Positions 1 to 9,921 of a DNA stretch of 64,000 nucleotides are shown in pieces. Source of the stretch: an uncultured delta proteobacterium (GTDB taxonomy: Bacteria > Desulfobacterota > BSN033 > UBA1163); the NCBI GenBank assembly GCA_963708295.1, contig CAVPSJ010000004.1, positions 160,001 to 224,000 on the forward strand, written 5' to 3'. A program made the position numbers and the translations under genes. The notes under the pieces were generated by a model. That model searched no databases and was not told the DNA's origin. It saw nothing but the letters and a program-made list of their open reading frames with translations. Position 1 is the stretch's first letter, and the number at the start of each line of letters is the position of its first letter.

Positions 1-340
1 TTCCTCCGACCCCACATAATGCCTATATCCAGAGCTCTCGAAGAGATCGTGAAAGATGTTGGCACCGGTAGAGACCATCACATCGACTAATCTCATCTCG
101 ATCATGTCCCGGATGACCTTGCGCATTCCGCCCGGGATCATTGCCCCGGATAACCCGAGAAAGATAATGCAGGCTGGATCATCGAGCATCTTTCGATAAA
201 CTTCGAAACATTTAAAGAGGTTTCGGCTTTGAAAGGAAGTGTGTTGGAAGGCTTGGACAAGATCGAGAAGGCTGTTTCGTCTCATGGAGGTTTAGATGCT
301 GAACGGGCTTTTGAAGAAACTTGGATTTCCTTTTTTTCAT
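1..340 (-). CDS. Deoxyhypusine synthase-like protein, N-terminal part (runs off window start; one indel near 277)
   Basis: Manual translation of - strand: ...SFQSRNLFKCFEVYRKMLDDPACIIFLGLSGAMIPGGMRKVIRDMIEMRLVDVMVSTGANIFHDLFE; the GAM..GMR and VSTGAN..HD motifs are typical of the DHS family. Not in the ORF track. Confidence 0.85.
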
Positions 341-528
341 CTTTGTCGCCAGGGGGTGAATTCTTGCGGAAATTATCAAATTAAAACAGGGAAGTCAAGG
401 AAAATGATGGAAAATGATTCATTCATGATTCATTCTTTATCCCAAATGGCTTGACATTTGGAATGAAATGAGATATTTCAATCCCTTGAGAAAGGATAGG
501 ATATCTTTTAGAAAGGTCGAACCCTCCT

Positions 529-1644
529 ATGGAGAAAACGCCAATCCGAATTGCCATTGTGGGCGTAGGAAATTGTGCCAGCGCCCTCATCCAGGGAATT
601 GAGTTCTATCGAGAAAATAGCCGGAAGAACCCGAAATTTGAATCCCTTGGCTTGATGCACCTTGATCTCGGGGGCTACAAACCCTGGGATATTGAGGTGG
701 GAGCAGCCTTCGATATCGACCGGAGAAAGGTGGGAAAACCCCTCAAAGATGCCATCTTCGCCAAACCCAATTGCACCAAGGTGATCTTCTCCGAACCTCA
801 ATGATTCTGCCGTGATCGGTATCCATGGGAGAAGTGTTGGATGGGGTTTCAGAACATATGAAGGATTACCCTGAAGACCGGATCTTCCTCGTCGCCGATG
901 AAAAACCTTCCAACGTGGAAAAAGTTCTCAAGGATTCTGGAGTGGAGATTCTCCTCAACTACCTTCCGGTGGGCTCGGATCGGGCAACTCAGTTCTATGC
1001 AGAGGCCTGTTTGAGCGCAGGGGTGAGCTTAATCAACTGCATGCCCAGTTTCATCGTTTCCGATCCTCGGTGGGCAAGACGGTTTGAAGAGAAAGGCATC
1101 CCGGTCGTTGGAGACGATGTCAAATCCCAGATGGGAGCGACCATCATCCATCGGGTGTTGGCAAAACTCTTTGAAGACCGCGGGGTGCGGTTGGACCGAA
1201 CCTACCAGATTAATACGGGCGGCAATACCGATTTCCTCAATATGCTCAATCGAAATCGCCTGAAGAATAAACGGATCTCCAAAACAGAAGCGATTCAATC
1301 CCAACTGGGTGTTCCGCTGGACGCCGGAGAATATTCATATCGGTCCTTCCGATTATGTCCCCTGGCAGAATGACAACAAGGTCTGTTTTCTCCGGATGGA
1401 AGGAAGGGGGTTCGGAGAAGTCACACTCAACCTCGAGCTGAGACTTTCTGTCGAGGATTCTCCCAATAGCGGCGGGATGACCATTGATGCCATCCGATGC
1501 TGCAAAATTGCCCGCGAACGGGGCGTGGGAGGTCCTCTTCTTTCGATCTCCGCTTATGCGATGAAGCATCCCCTCACCCAATTCCCCGACAACGAGGCCA
1601 AGGCCATGGTCGAGGAATTCATCGAGGGGAAGCGGGAACGCTAA
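529..1644 (+). CDS. ino1: myo-inositol-1-phosphate synthase (split over 3 ORFs by indels)
   Basis: IAIVGVGNCASALIQG, LNYLPVGS, GDDVKSQMGATIIHR, GGNTDFLNM, HIGPSDYVPW, EDSPNSGG across ORFs 529-804, 825-1373 and 1309-1644. Confidence 0.92.
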
Positions 1645-2712
1645 TTCCTCTCTCCTTCATCCATCGCTCCAACATAAGAGGAAGGCTTCTCTGCCCTTGA
1701 TCCTCTGGATCCTCCTTAAGAAATCTCAATCATCCTTTCTTAAATCTCGCTCCGAAGTACGTGATAGAGGGCTTGAAAATCTTCGAGGCGATGAATATAT
1801 CGATGATAGGCCAGGAGCACGGCATTATTGATGTCCACTTTCCAAAATTCCTGTAGCCTTCTGTTTTAAAGGAGGCCATCGTCTCCTTGAAATCCTCTTT
1901 CAAACGATGAAATAACTGCTTCTCTCCCTCTCAGTTTCTCATCCCTTGAAATCTCTTTGGCGTAGAAATCGGATAGCTGTTGACAGGCCTGATTGATCCA
2001 ACGAGAAAAGACGAGGTCATCCTCTCGGCAGTGGATGGCTTCGACCGCTTCCCGGGATCCGTTTCCATACTTCTCCGTCAAAAAATCGATCGCCCCCTGA
2101 TTCCCGACAAAAGTGGCGATCTGCTCATTGAAGTCGGTCTGGCCTTTAAAGTAGACCGTGGCGTGAGTCATCTCATGGAGGATGACATTGGCCAGTGTCG
2201 TCTCATCCCATTGGAGCATGGATGAAAAGATAGGGTCTTTCAGCCATCCGAGTGTGCTGTAGGCACCGCTCGCTGGACAAAGGTGTCGTACCCTTTCGTC
2301 TCGAGAAGGCGTTTCTCCTTTAAGACATCCCCCTGCGTAAAAAAACCTTTATAGGTCACCTTGCCGACAATGGGGAAGTTCCAGCGATAAGGCTGGAGAC
2401 GATCTTTCTCCGAGGCGGTAATGATCTGCAGAACCGGGCCTTTGACTTCGAAATATTTTGAGTAACTCTTGGTCCTCGTGAGACCCAGCCTTCTCCTCTC
2501 CGTAGTGTTTCACTTCCTGGATGAAGCGAATCTTCTCCTTGGCTTCACGGTCCACCCCTTCGTTCTGCAGAACCTCTTCAACCGGGACACTATGAAACGA
2601 TAATCGAGGATTGATGCCATCCCAGCTTGGAGAGGTAGAGAAGGTTTCCGCAGCCCGTTAAGGAAAGTGCAAACCATGTGAGGAATAAGAGAAACGTCAG
2701 GGATTCCATCAT
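1619..2712 (-). CDS. Putative zinc aminopeptidase lipoprotein (DUF2265/Aminopep-like), frameshifted; ends approximate
   Basis: HEMTH (HExxH) followed by FNEQIATFVG; upstream fragments give AYSTLGW and an N-terminal lipobox-like LTGC. Confidence 0.75.
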
Positions 2713-2801
2713 GAATTTTTCTTACAATATTCCTCGACGAGAATCAAACCGTTTGACCTTTGGGAAGGGTAAAGCTCCTTGGTTGACCCAGGGTGCTGAG
2801 T

Positions 2802-4790
2802 TCAGCGTGTACCGGTGAGCAGAGAAGGGTTCGTCTTTCCTGAACTTCTGCAAAATGACCGACACCGCAATCAATCCGAATCCAACGATATCGTACAACG
2901 GTTGGGATAGACCAGCGCAAGGCCTCCCAAGATGAGCATGATTCTCTCATAGAGGGTTGTCTTCTTAAGAAGCCAATTCTCCACTCCTCCCGCCAGAGCG
3001 GCAATCCCGACAAATGCGGTGAAGGTGGTCCAGATCACATCGACCACCGGCCCTTTGAGCAGGATACCGATACCTTTGGGATCCAACGGTGAACATAAAG
3101 GGCACGATGAAGGCGGGCAGCGTATATTTCCAGGCATACATCGTGGTTTTATAAGGATTCCCTTTTGTCAGGGCGGCTGCAGCAAAGCATGATAGGGCTG
3201 TGGGCGGAGAGACCTCTGAAAGAATAGCATAGTAAAAGACGAACATGTGAGCAGCAAAATCGGGAATCCCCAGTTGAATCAATGCCGGTGCAGCAAATGA
3301 CGACGGCGATGATGTAGGAAGCGGTAACGGGTACAGCCAGTCCGATGATCCAGACGATGATCGCTGTGTAGATCGGTCGTCAGGAGGACACTTCCTCCGG
3401 CGTAGGCAATAATAATCGAACTGAACTTTAATCCCAAGACCTGTCAGGGTCACGACTCCCACAATGATTCCGGCGGCGGCACAGGTGGCCGCCACGCTCA
3501 AAACTCCGATGGAACCTCCTCGCAAGCGCCTTCACCAACTTCCGTGGGGTCAGGGCCGTATCTTTCCTGATGAAACTGACTGCAAAGGTGATGACCGTTG
3601 ACCAGAAGACGGCCATGATGGGCGTAAAGCCGATCACCATAATGACCACGATGGCCACAAGAGAGATGAAGTGAAATCCATAGAGGTACGTGAGCTGCCA
3701 CAGACTATACGTTTTATCGAAGGCAACCTCCTTGACCCCGAATCTTTTTGGCATCCAGTTCCACCATTAAAAAGATAGACCAATAGTAGAGGCAGGTCGG
3801 AATCAAGCCATGACGATCACGTCCAGGTAGGAGATCTTTAAGAATTCGGCGATAAGAAAGGCGGCTGCTCCCAGGACCGGAGGGGAAAGGATGGCACCAA
3901 TTCCTCCGGCCGAGAGGAGTCCCCCTGCCGCATCCTTGCTGTAGCCCGCCTTGGCCAACATGGGGTAGGCGACGGCTCCCAGGGTGACCGTGGTGGCCAC
4001 TCCGCTTCCCGAAGGCCCTCCGAGGAGAAAGGAGGCCAGTGTGACCGTTCGGCCCGCACTGGTGGCCTTTCCGCCCATCGCCGCGAAAGAAAAATCGATA
4101 AAGAACTTTCCTGCCCCGGAGAGTTCCAAAAAGGCCCCCCAGATCGTGAAGAGGATGATGAAGGTCGAAGAAACATCGATCGGAACACCAAAAATTCCCT
4201 CCAGCGTCATATACATATGTCCTACGATCCGGTCAAGATCGTATCCCCGATGGGTCCAGGGCGGAGGCAGCATCGGCCCGATGAATGCATAAATGAGGAA
4301 AGCAACCACGACTCCCGGCATGATCCACCCGCTCGTTCTGCGGGTCGCTTCCAGGACCAACAGAATCAACAGGATCCCAAAAAATATATCCCAAGAAATT
4401 CGGCACGACGGAGCGGTAAATAAATTGGTCAAAATCAATCAGCATATAAACAATGGTCGCAATGCCGAGAAGGGCAAGGAGATAATCATACCAGATAATT
4501 CTGTTTTTAAATCGCTTGAAAGAGGGGAAAACCAGGAAAGAGAGAAACAGGACGAACATGACATGGATTCCTCTTAAAACCTGGGTCATGATGATCCCGA
4601 TGGCTGCATAGAGGTGAAGGAGCGACATCACCACAGCAACCACGGTAATAAAAATGTCCATCCTTCCCGTGAGTCGGCGCGAAGGCCCTTCTTCCTCTTC
4701 GACGTACTTTTCAGCCTCCTTAAGGGCTTCCTCCGAAATCACCACTCCCTGATCGTTTCTCTTCTTCTCTTCTTCCAAGTTTTCCCTCAC
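2802..4790 (-). CDS. TRAP transporter fused 4TM/12TM permease (TAXI-type), frameshifted; 3' end approximate
   Basis: Fragments with EGIFGVP, GGPSGSGVAT, ILSPPVLGAAAFLIAE, HMFVFYYAILSEVSPPTAL; adjacent to a TAXI binding protein. Confidence 0.9.
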
Positions 4791-4802
4791 GCGTGCCCTA
4801 GA

Positions 4803-5014
4803 AGGCTGCTGAAAAGGTCCTTTTTCCCAGGCTGCCCAAAAAAGGCCCGGTGCAAGGCCTCCCTCCCTCCGTCCCTCATGGCGGGGCTACGCGCAGGCAG
4901 GCGAATTCCTGAGACTGGCGTCGCGACGAATAAGGAGCGACTTCTTGCCACGTCCCCGAAGGGGACCGGACAATCCCGCGAAGCGCGGGACGGATGGTCA
5001 TTTTTCAGCAACCT
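4803..5014. repeat. MITE-like composite palindromic repeat, copy 1
   Basis: Termini aggctgctgaaaa...ttttcagcaacct; core ggcgtcgcgacgaataaggagcgac is the reverse complement of the core at ~12247-12272; nested palindrome tcccgcgaagcgcggga. Confidence 0.75.
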
Positions 5015-5015
5015 G

Positions 5016-5504
5016 TTAGTGATATTTCCAGACCACCGAGAAAAGATATTTCCCAAGAGTGAGAGATTCCGCTCTTAACTGAATCCGATCTCCTCCTTCT
5101 CCCATTTCGCTTAAATAGATTTTCCGGTCTCCCACGACCAGCCCTTGCCCTTCTCCCATGCTCTTCTTGATCAGAAAGACCGCACCCAATTTCAAATCCA
5201 CGGGATGAAATTCTTTCGACTCTTGAAATCCATAATACTCCATGACGGCCGGGCTTTTGGTTCTCACCCCTCTCAGGATAATGGCCTCGTGATCCACTTG
5301 GAATTCTTCCACAACGGGCTCGCGGTAGATCGAATGAATATAGAACTGAGAAAAAAGACCAGAGGACTCGATCCGGATATGGATCGCCTTTTGGCGTTCC
5401 ATGTTCTCAATATGAAGGAGGGTCACTTTCTTAAAAACAAGAACCCCTCCTGCCAGGATCGCGATTCCGATCCAGATCAGGAGGGGTATCCTCTTCCGTT
5501 TCAA
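5016..5504 (-). CDS. DUF1850-family protein
   Basis: FYIHSIYREPVVEEF motif; typical position between TAXI binding protein and fused permease. Confidence 0.7.
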   Translation of the reverse strand: MKRKRIPLLIWIGIAILAGGVLVFKKVTLLHIENMERQKAIHIRIESSGLFSQFYIHSIYREPVVEEFQVDHEAIILRGVRTKSPAVMEYYGFQESKEFHPVDLKLGAVFLIKKSMGEGQGLVVGDRKIYLSEMGEGGDRIQLRAESLTLGKYLFSVVWKYH

Positions 5505-6467
5505 TTACTTCACCTTAATCCCCTTCTCTGCAAAATACCGAATTGCCCCCGGATGGAAAGGGATGGGAGAGCCTCCGCCGGCCTGGGAGTCTAAAGAGAG
5601 GTACCTCGCATCTCTGTGGGATGCGACCAACTCGGGTTTATGGTCAAAGAGAGTTTTTAGAATGTCATAGGCCACATCGTCTTTCATCTTTTCATTACAA
5701 ATCAAGACATTCCAAACCACAGCAATGGGAACATCCGCATCCTGCCCGGGATAGGTCTTGGCAGCGATGACTCCTGTGACGTAGAGAGGCCCATACTTCT
5801 CCCTCATCTTCGGAACCGCATCCGCACTATTCAGAAGCCTTATCTTAATTCCCGGGGTCGCCCCCAAATCGGTGATCGCCGCGGTAGGAAGACCTCCAAC
5901 CCAGAAGAAGGCGTCAATCTTGCCGTCCTTTAATGCGCCGACTGACTCGGAGACGCCTAATTTATCTCTCGTCATGTCTTTATTTGGATCCAATCCGTTG
6001 GCTTCGATGACTCTCAGCCCCATGACTTCTGTACCGCTCCCCGGAGCACCGGTTGACACTCTTTTCCCTTTCAAATCCGACACCTTATCAATCCCTTTAC
6101 CCTCTGCCGTCACCACATGCATGTTGTTTGGATAGAGCACCGCCAGTGTCCTCAGAGGTACCTTCTCCTTGAATTGCGCCTTCCCCATGTAAGCATCCCA
6201 TCCCGTGTCTGCCATGATGAATGCCAATTCCGCTTTTTGTTTACCTACCAGAAGGCAATTATCAACCGAAGCGGTGGTCACCTCTGCCGTGGCTTCCAGA
6301 TAAGGGATGTATTTGGAGAGAATATTGGCCATCCCGCCGCCCATCGGATAGTAGACTCCTCCTGTTCCGCCGGTGGCAATGGATAGTCGAACCGTTTTCT
6401 GCGCCCATGCTGAAGAAAAAGAAAAAACGAAAAGCGAAAAGACTGCGAAAAGGAATAACCGACGCAT
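5505..6467 (-). CDS. TAXI-family TRAP solute-binding protein
   Basis: Signal peptide, IATGGTGGVYYPMG, ASVDN, GAPGSGTE, PFHPGA. Confidence 0.95.
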   Translation of the reverse strand: MRRLFLFAVFSLFVFSFSSAWAQKTVRLSIATGGTGGVYYPMGGGMANILSKYIPYLEATAEVTTASVDNCLLVGKQKAELAFIMADTGWDAYMGKAQFKEKVPLRTLAVLYPNNMHVVTAEGKGIDKVSDLKGKRVSTGAPGSGTEVMGLRVIEANGLDPNKDMTRDKLGVSESVGALKDGKIDAFFWVGGLPTAAITDLGATPGIKIRLLNSADAVPKMREKYGPLYVTGVIAAKTYPGQDADVPIAVVWNVLICNEKMKDDVAYDILKTLFDHKPELVASHRDARYLSLDSQAGGGSPIPFHPGAIRYFAEKGIKVK

Positions 6468-6496
6468 AAAAACCTCCTTTCAGGAAAGTTAAATGA

Positions 6497-6531
6497 TTTA
6501 CTCTTATAGTAAATCCGTCCCCGATTGTCAA
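6497..6531 (-). promoter_or_regulatory. Sigma70-type promoter with overlapping palindromic operator upstream of the TAXI operon
   Basis: TTGACA (6531-6526)-17 nt-TATAAG (6508-6503) on - strand; palindrome TTTAC-N7-GTAAA at 6497-6513. Confidence 0.6.
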
Positions 6532-6617
6532 CAAGAACTATGAAAAATCGCCCGACGGGCTGGGCGGTGTCGGACGAGGAGGAAGAGGACATCGGAAGGC
6601 CGAAATTGGAGGTCCTG

Positions 6618-8243
6618 TCATTGAGGTTCTGGCATCCGGACTTGCTCGACATGGGTGACCTGAAGTTCTCCTTTCACCAGACGGCAGCAAGTATGCTTCA
6701 GCCAGTTTCTGTCGTCTTGATCCGGAAAATCCTTCCGGAAGAAGGAACCCCTGCTTTCCGTCCGAAGCAGGCTTCCCTTCAAGATCGCCTTGAGAAGGAG
6801 CGCCACATTTTCCAGGTCTCTCTTTTTGAAGAGGTCTTTCAGGATGGCGGGATATACTTTCTCGATTTGTCTCTCAACGGCAGCCAACCGATCCAATCCC
6901 TCCTTCAAGGATTCCTCCGCCCGTTCAGGACCGGCATATCTCCAGGCCAGGTCCTTCAACTCCTTCAGCAGGTTTCCCGGTGGGTCGAAGGTTCCTCTTC
7001 TCTTTCTGAGATAATGCTGGACCTTTCGGTCCCATTTTTTCATGAAGTCCTCGGAGAAAGAAGGGGGTGGCCCGGGATCGGGTCCTTTCTGAAGGGCATA
7101 TTCCGCTGCCGATCGGCCGGCGATGATTCCAAACACAGCACCTTCGGTTAATGCGTTCCCCCCGAGTCGATTGGCACCATGAGCCCCCCACACGACCTCC
7201 CCTGCCGCAAAGAGGCCCGGGAGAGAGGTTTTTCCATTTTCGTCGATCTCCACTCCCCCCATGAAGAAATGAACTGCCGGGGAGACCAGAAAGGCGCGTT
7301 CCTGGAAAGGAAACCTTGATTTCCTTAGAAAATTGAGGGGATAACGCTCCCATTCTTCTCGCCGGACCTGGGTCAGATCAAAAAAGACATCCCCGACCTG
7401 AGAAGCGCGGTATAGGGCAATGGAGAAACGATCCCGTTCTTTAATGACCGCCTGGTTCAAATCCCGTCCCATGTTAAACTTCTCCAGAAGATCCTCCCCT
7501 TTCTCGCCGAGCAACCTCGCTTCCTTTGGATAGGGAGGATAAAGAAGAAAACACGAGAGCCTGGGCTCTCCCAAAACCAGAGGATAAAATTGAACGAATT
7601 CCAGGTCCAGGACGGGAAGTCCTGCCCGGAGGGCTAAGGTGTATCCGTCTCCGAGGATGCTCCGCTGGTTGTCATTCCGACGATAAATGGCCCCCGCTCC
7701 GCCGGTCGAAAGGAGGACCACTTTTGAATGAATCAAACAGGGTTTCCCGTCGTTCAAAAAACCGAATGCCCCCTGGACCTCCCCTTCTTCAACTACCAGA
7801 TCAAAAACGATTAACCCGGGGAGGAGTTTAATGGAACCGTCTTTCAGTCTTGCTACCAGAGGTTTGATGAGGAGACATCCGGGAAGCTGGGAGGAACCCT
7901 CCGGTCGAGCCACGATATACCCCATCTTCTTCTCAAGGACGGGGATTCCGTAGTCTTCCAACTTTCTGATGGCATCTGGACCTTTCTCAACGAGGGTCTT
8001 AACCCGCGTGGCCTCGTTCAGCCCCTTTCCGGATTCCAAGGTCGCCCGGAGATGATCTTCTTTGGAAAAGTGCGAATTCGAAACGGTGAAGGCGCCGTTG
8101 GCCAGCGACGTATTGGTCCCCATTCCAATGGCGAATTTCCCGACAACGAGGACCCGAAGCCCGGCTTTCTCCGCCTCCAGGGCCGAAAGAAGGCCAGCCA
8201 GTCCGCTGCCGATCACAAGGACGTCGGTGGTGAGTGTTTCCAT
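6618..8243 (-). CDS. SdhA/FrdA/NadB-family flavoprotein (divergent active site)
   Basis: DVLVIGSGLAG, STGG, HFFMGG, AAGE, HGANRLGGNAL, RTESRG. Confidence 0.88.
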   Translation of the reverse strand: METLTTDVLVIGSGLAGLLSALEAEKAGLRVLVVGKFAIGMGTNTSLANGAFTVSNSHFSKEDHLRATLESGKGLNEATRVKTLVEKGPDAIRKLEDYGIPVLEKKMGYIVARPEGSSQLPGCLLIKPLVARLKDGSIKLLPGLIVFDLVVEEGEVQGAFGFLNDGKPCLIHSKVVLLSTGGAGAIYRRNDNQRSILGDGYTLALRAGLPVLDLEFVQFYPLVLGEPRLSCFLLYPPYPKEARLLGEKGEDLLEKFNMGRDLNQAVIKERDRFSIALYRASQVGDVFFDLTQVRREEWERYPLNFLRKSRFPFQERAFLVSPAVHFFMGGVEIDENGKTSLPGLFAAGEVVWGAHGANRLGGNALTEGAVFGIIAGRSAAEYALQKGPDPGPPPSFSEDFMKKWDRKVQHYLRKRRGTFDPPGNLLKELKDLAWRYAGPERAEESLKEGLDRLAAVERQIEKVYPAILKDLFKKRDLENVALLLKAILKGSLLRTESRGSFFRKDFPDQDDRNWLKHTCCRLVKGELQVTHVEQVRMPEPQ

Positions 8244-8284
8244 AGGTAGACCCGCTGAATGCAGGTCGGACGGAGTGATAGGAT

Positions 8285-8470
8285 TTAAGCCCGTTTTTTA
8301 GGCTTCATGGGTTTTTCACAGCAGATGATGTCGCAAGCATCAACACACCCGCACACTTCATCCACCGTCACGGCCAAACCGCATACGCCGCATTTATAAA
8401 CATCACCTTCCTTCACTCTCTTCTTCACAACTTTTCTTGCCACTTTTTTTGCGGGCTTCTTCGCTGCCAT
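8285..8470 (-). CDS. Small Lys-rich, Cys-rich desulforedoxin-like metal-binding protein (61 aa)
   Basis: EGDVYKCGVCG...IICCEKPM resembles the desulforedoxin CxxC...CC signature; GGAG upstream of ATG 8470. Confidence 0.7.
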   Translation of the reverse strand: MAAKKPAKKVARKVVKKRVKEGDVYKCGVCGLAVTVDEVCGCVDACDIICCEKPMKPKKRA

Positions 8471-8557
8471 GGCCTTCTCCTCTCGCCTCAGGTTTTGACG
8501 TTCAACATCGGATGGCCGCTTCAAAAAGTTTTTGCATTCCATCCCTTTTGAGTATTC

Positions 8558-9379
8558 TTAGTTTCTCTCCATGGATTCCAATTCAAACTTAATATGCCCG
8601 ATGGGCAGTTCCAACTCCATCAGAATTGGAATCCTTCTCCCATCGGCCGTGTACCAGATCCGGATTCTTCCCTCCTTGTCTCCAAAGGTTGAAAAGGGGG
8701 TGCTGGATTCAAGGCATACCGCGTCAACTTCTCCATACATCGTTGACTGCACCCTCTCCTTTTTCGAATAAAAAACCATCTCCCGCAACTTCACCCCATC
8801 AAAGATGGACATCGAAATACTCTGCCCCGGACGAATCTCTTCTCTCAAATAACATTTGGCGAACATCGAAAGAGGGTCATATGTCTCGGATAAAAGGGGG
8901 ATCTCCTGCCTCTCCTTCTTCTCTCCCCTTTCGGCCAGCAACTTCCTATTAGGAAAATCAAACGTGAATGTTTGAAAATAATTTTTCTTCTCGACCAGAA
9001 GCCCCTCCTGGTCAATTTCTTTGACATATCGGACCGGAGAACAGGTCTCTGCTCGGACGGTTGAGAGGAATCGGTTGTTCATTCTGAATAAGAACCCAAG
9101 TGGAAGGGAACTCACGGAGGCATAAATCCGGTAAAGGGGCGTTCCCTGTTCAGAAGATCCATTTTCAATCTTAATGGAAGCCTTGAGAATGGGAACACCG
9201 AACTTCTTTGCCGTGTACAAGAAAACCTTTCCCGGCCCGGGTAGGTGTTCGGAGATTTGCTTCCGCTCATCACTCTGGACGAATCCCCCTCCTGAAACGG
9301 CTCCAAGGAAAAGAAAAATTCCGATCCCCAGCTTCCATCCGCCCTGTCTCATATCCTTCAACCCATTGGTGACTATCAT
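8558..9379 (-). CDS. DUF3108-family exported protein (start may be 9352)
   Basis: N-terminal hydrophobic segment, YDPLS and IWYTADGRRIP motifs. Confidence 0.75.
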   Translation of the reverse strand: MIVTNGLKDMRQGGWKLGIGIFLFLGAVSGGGFVQSDERKQISEHLPGPGKVFLYTAKKFGVPILKASIKIENGSSEQGTPLYRIYASVSSLPLGFLFRMNNRFLSTVRAETCSPVRYVKEIDQEGLLVEKKNYFQTFTFDFPNRKLLAERGEKKERQEIPLLSETYDPLSMFAKCYLREEIRPGQSISMSIFDGVKLREMVFYSKKERVQSTMYGEVDAVCLESSTPFSTFGDKEGRIRIWYTADGRRIPILMELELPIGHIKFELESMERN

Positions 9380-9488
9380 TATATTAAACTATCTCTTCGT
9401 CTGGATTCAAATGTTTTTTCACTTTTTTCCCCCGGTTTTGCCTGCCCTCCCCCTCCCCCCGTTTCTCCTCGCACGGATTCCTTGAAAA

Positions 9489-9670
9489 AGACTCTGCCAT
9501 CGATCAGGGCACAGCGGGGGCGGGTTGGAGAAGCTTTCCGGCCTGCCTGCGCCAAGGCTGAGCGGCAACCGTTTAAGCGATCTCGGAAGTGAGTCTCCGT
9601 GTTCCTTACTCAGCCTTGATTCCTGATACCGAAGACGGTCACCACGACATCCGGTGATAGCCGCATTCTT
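9489..9670 (+). ncRNA. 5' half of a candidate large structured RNA interrupted by the IS
   Basis: No convincing ORF; colinear long-range complementarity with 11200-11288; local helices 9520-9546 and 9553-9562/9609-9618; G-U pairs favour the + strand. Confidence 0.6.
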
Positions 9671-9692
9671 CTATGTTGAAAGTCAAGCCTCA

Positions 9693-9921
9693 TTCACAAT
9701 AACAGAGCCACGCCGGTATGTTTGTTGAGACAGCACCTCCCTTTAAAATCAACCTTCTATTAGCAGACATACCTTGGGGTAGCTGCAGTATCTTCTCATA
9801 TTTTAAAGATGTGGGCTCGGAGTCTAAAGGATACAGACATCATCCTTGTGATGAGCTGTAAGAATGCGGCATCCGATGCCCACATGAGCGATTTATCGGG
9901 TCGGTTCTTGTCCCCCTATCG
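9693..9921 (-). ncRNA. Putative seekRNA/bridge RNA region of the IS1111-type element
   Basis: ~230 nt non-coding region 3' of the transposase, where IS1111 elements are known to encode the guide; 9859-9870 matches the reconstructed target over 12 nt. Confidence 0.7.

Noticed and set aside
795-804. TGA stops in ino1 (804) and the response regulator (19098) as selenocysteine codons
   Set aside because: The protein continues in a different frame, not in frame, and no Cys-equivalent position is involved.
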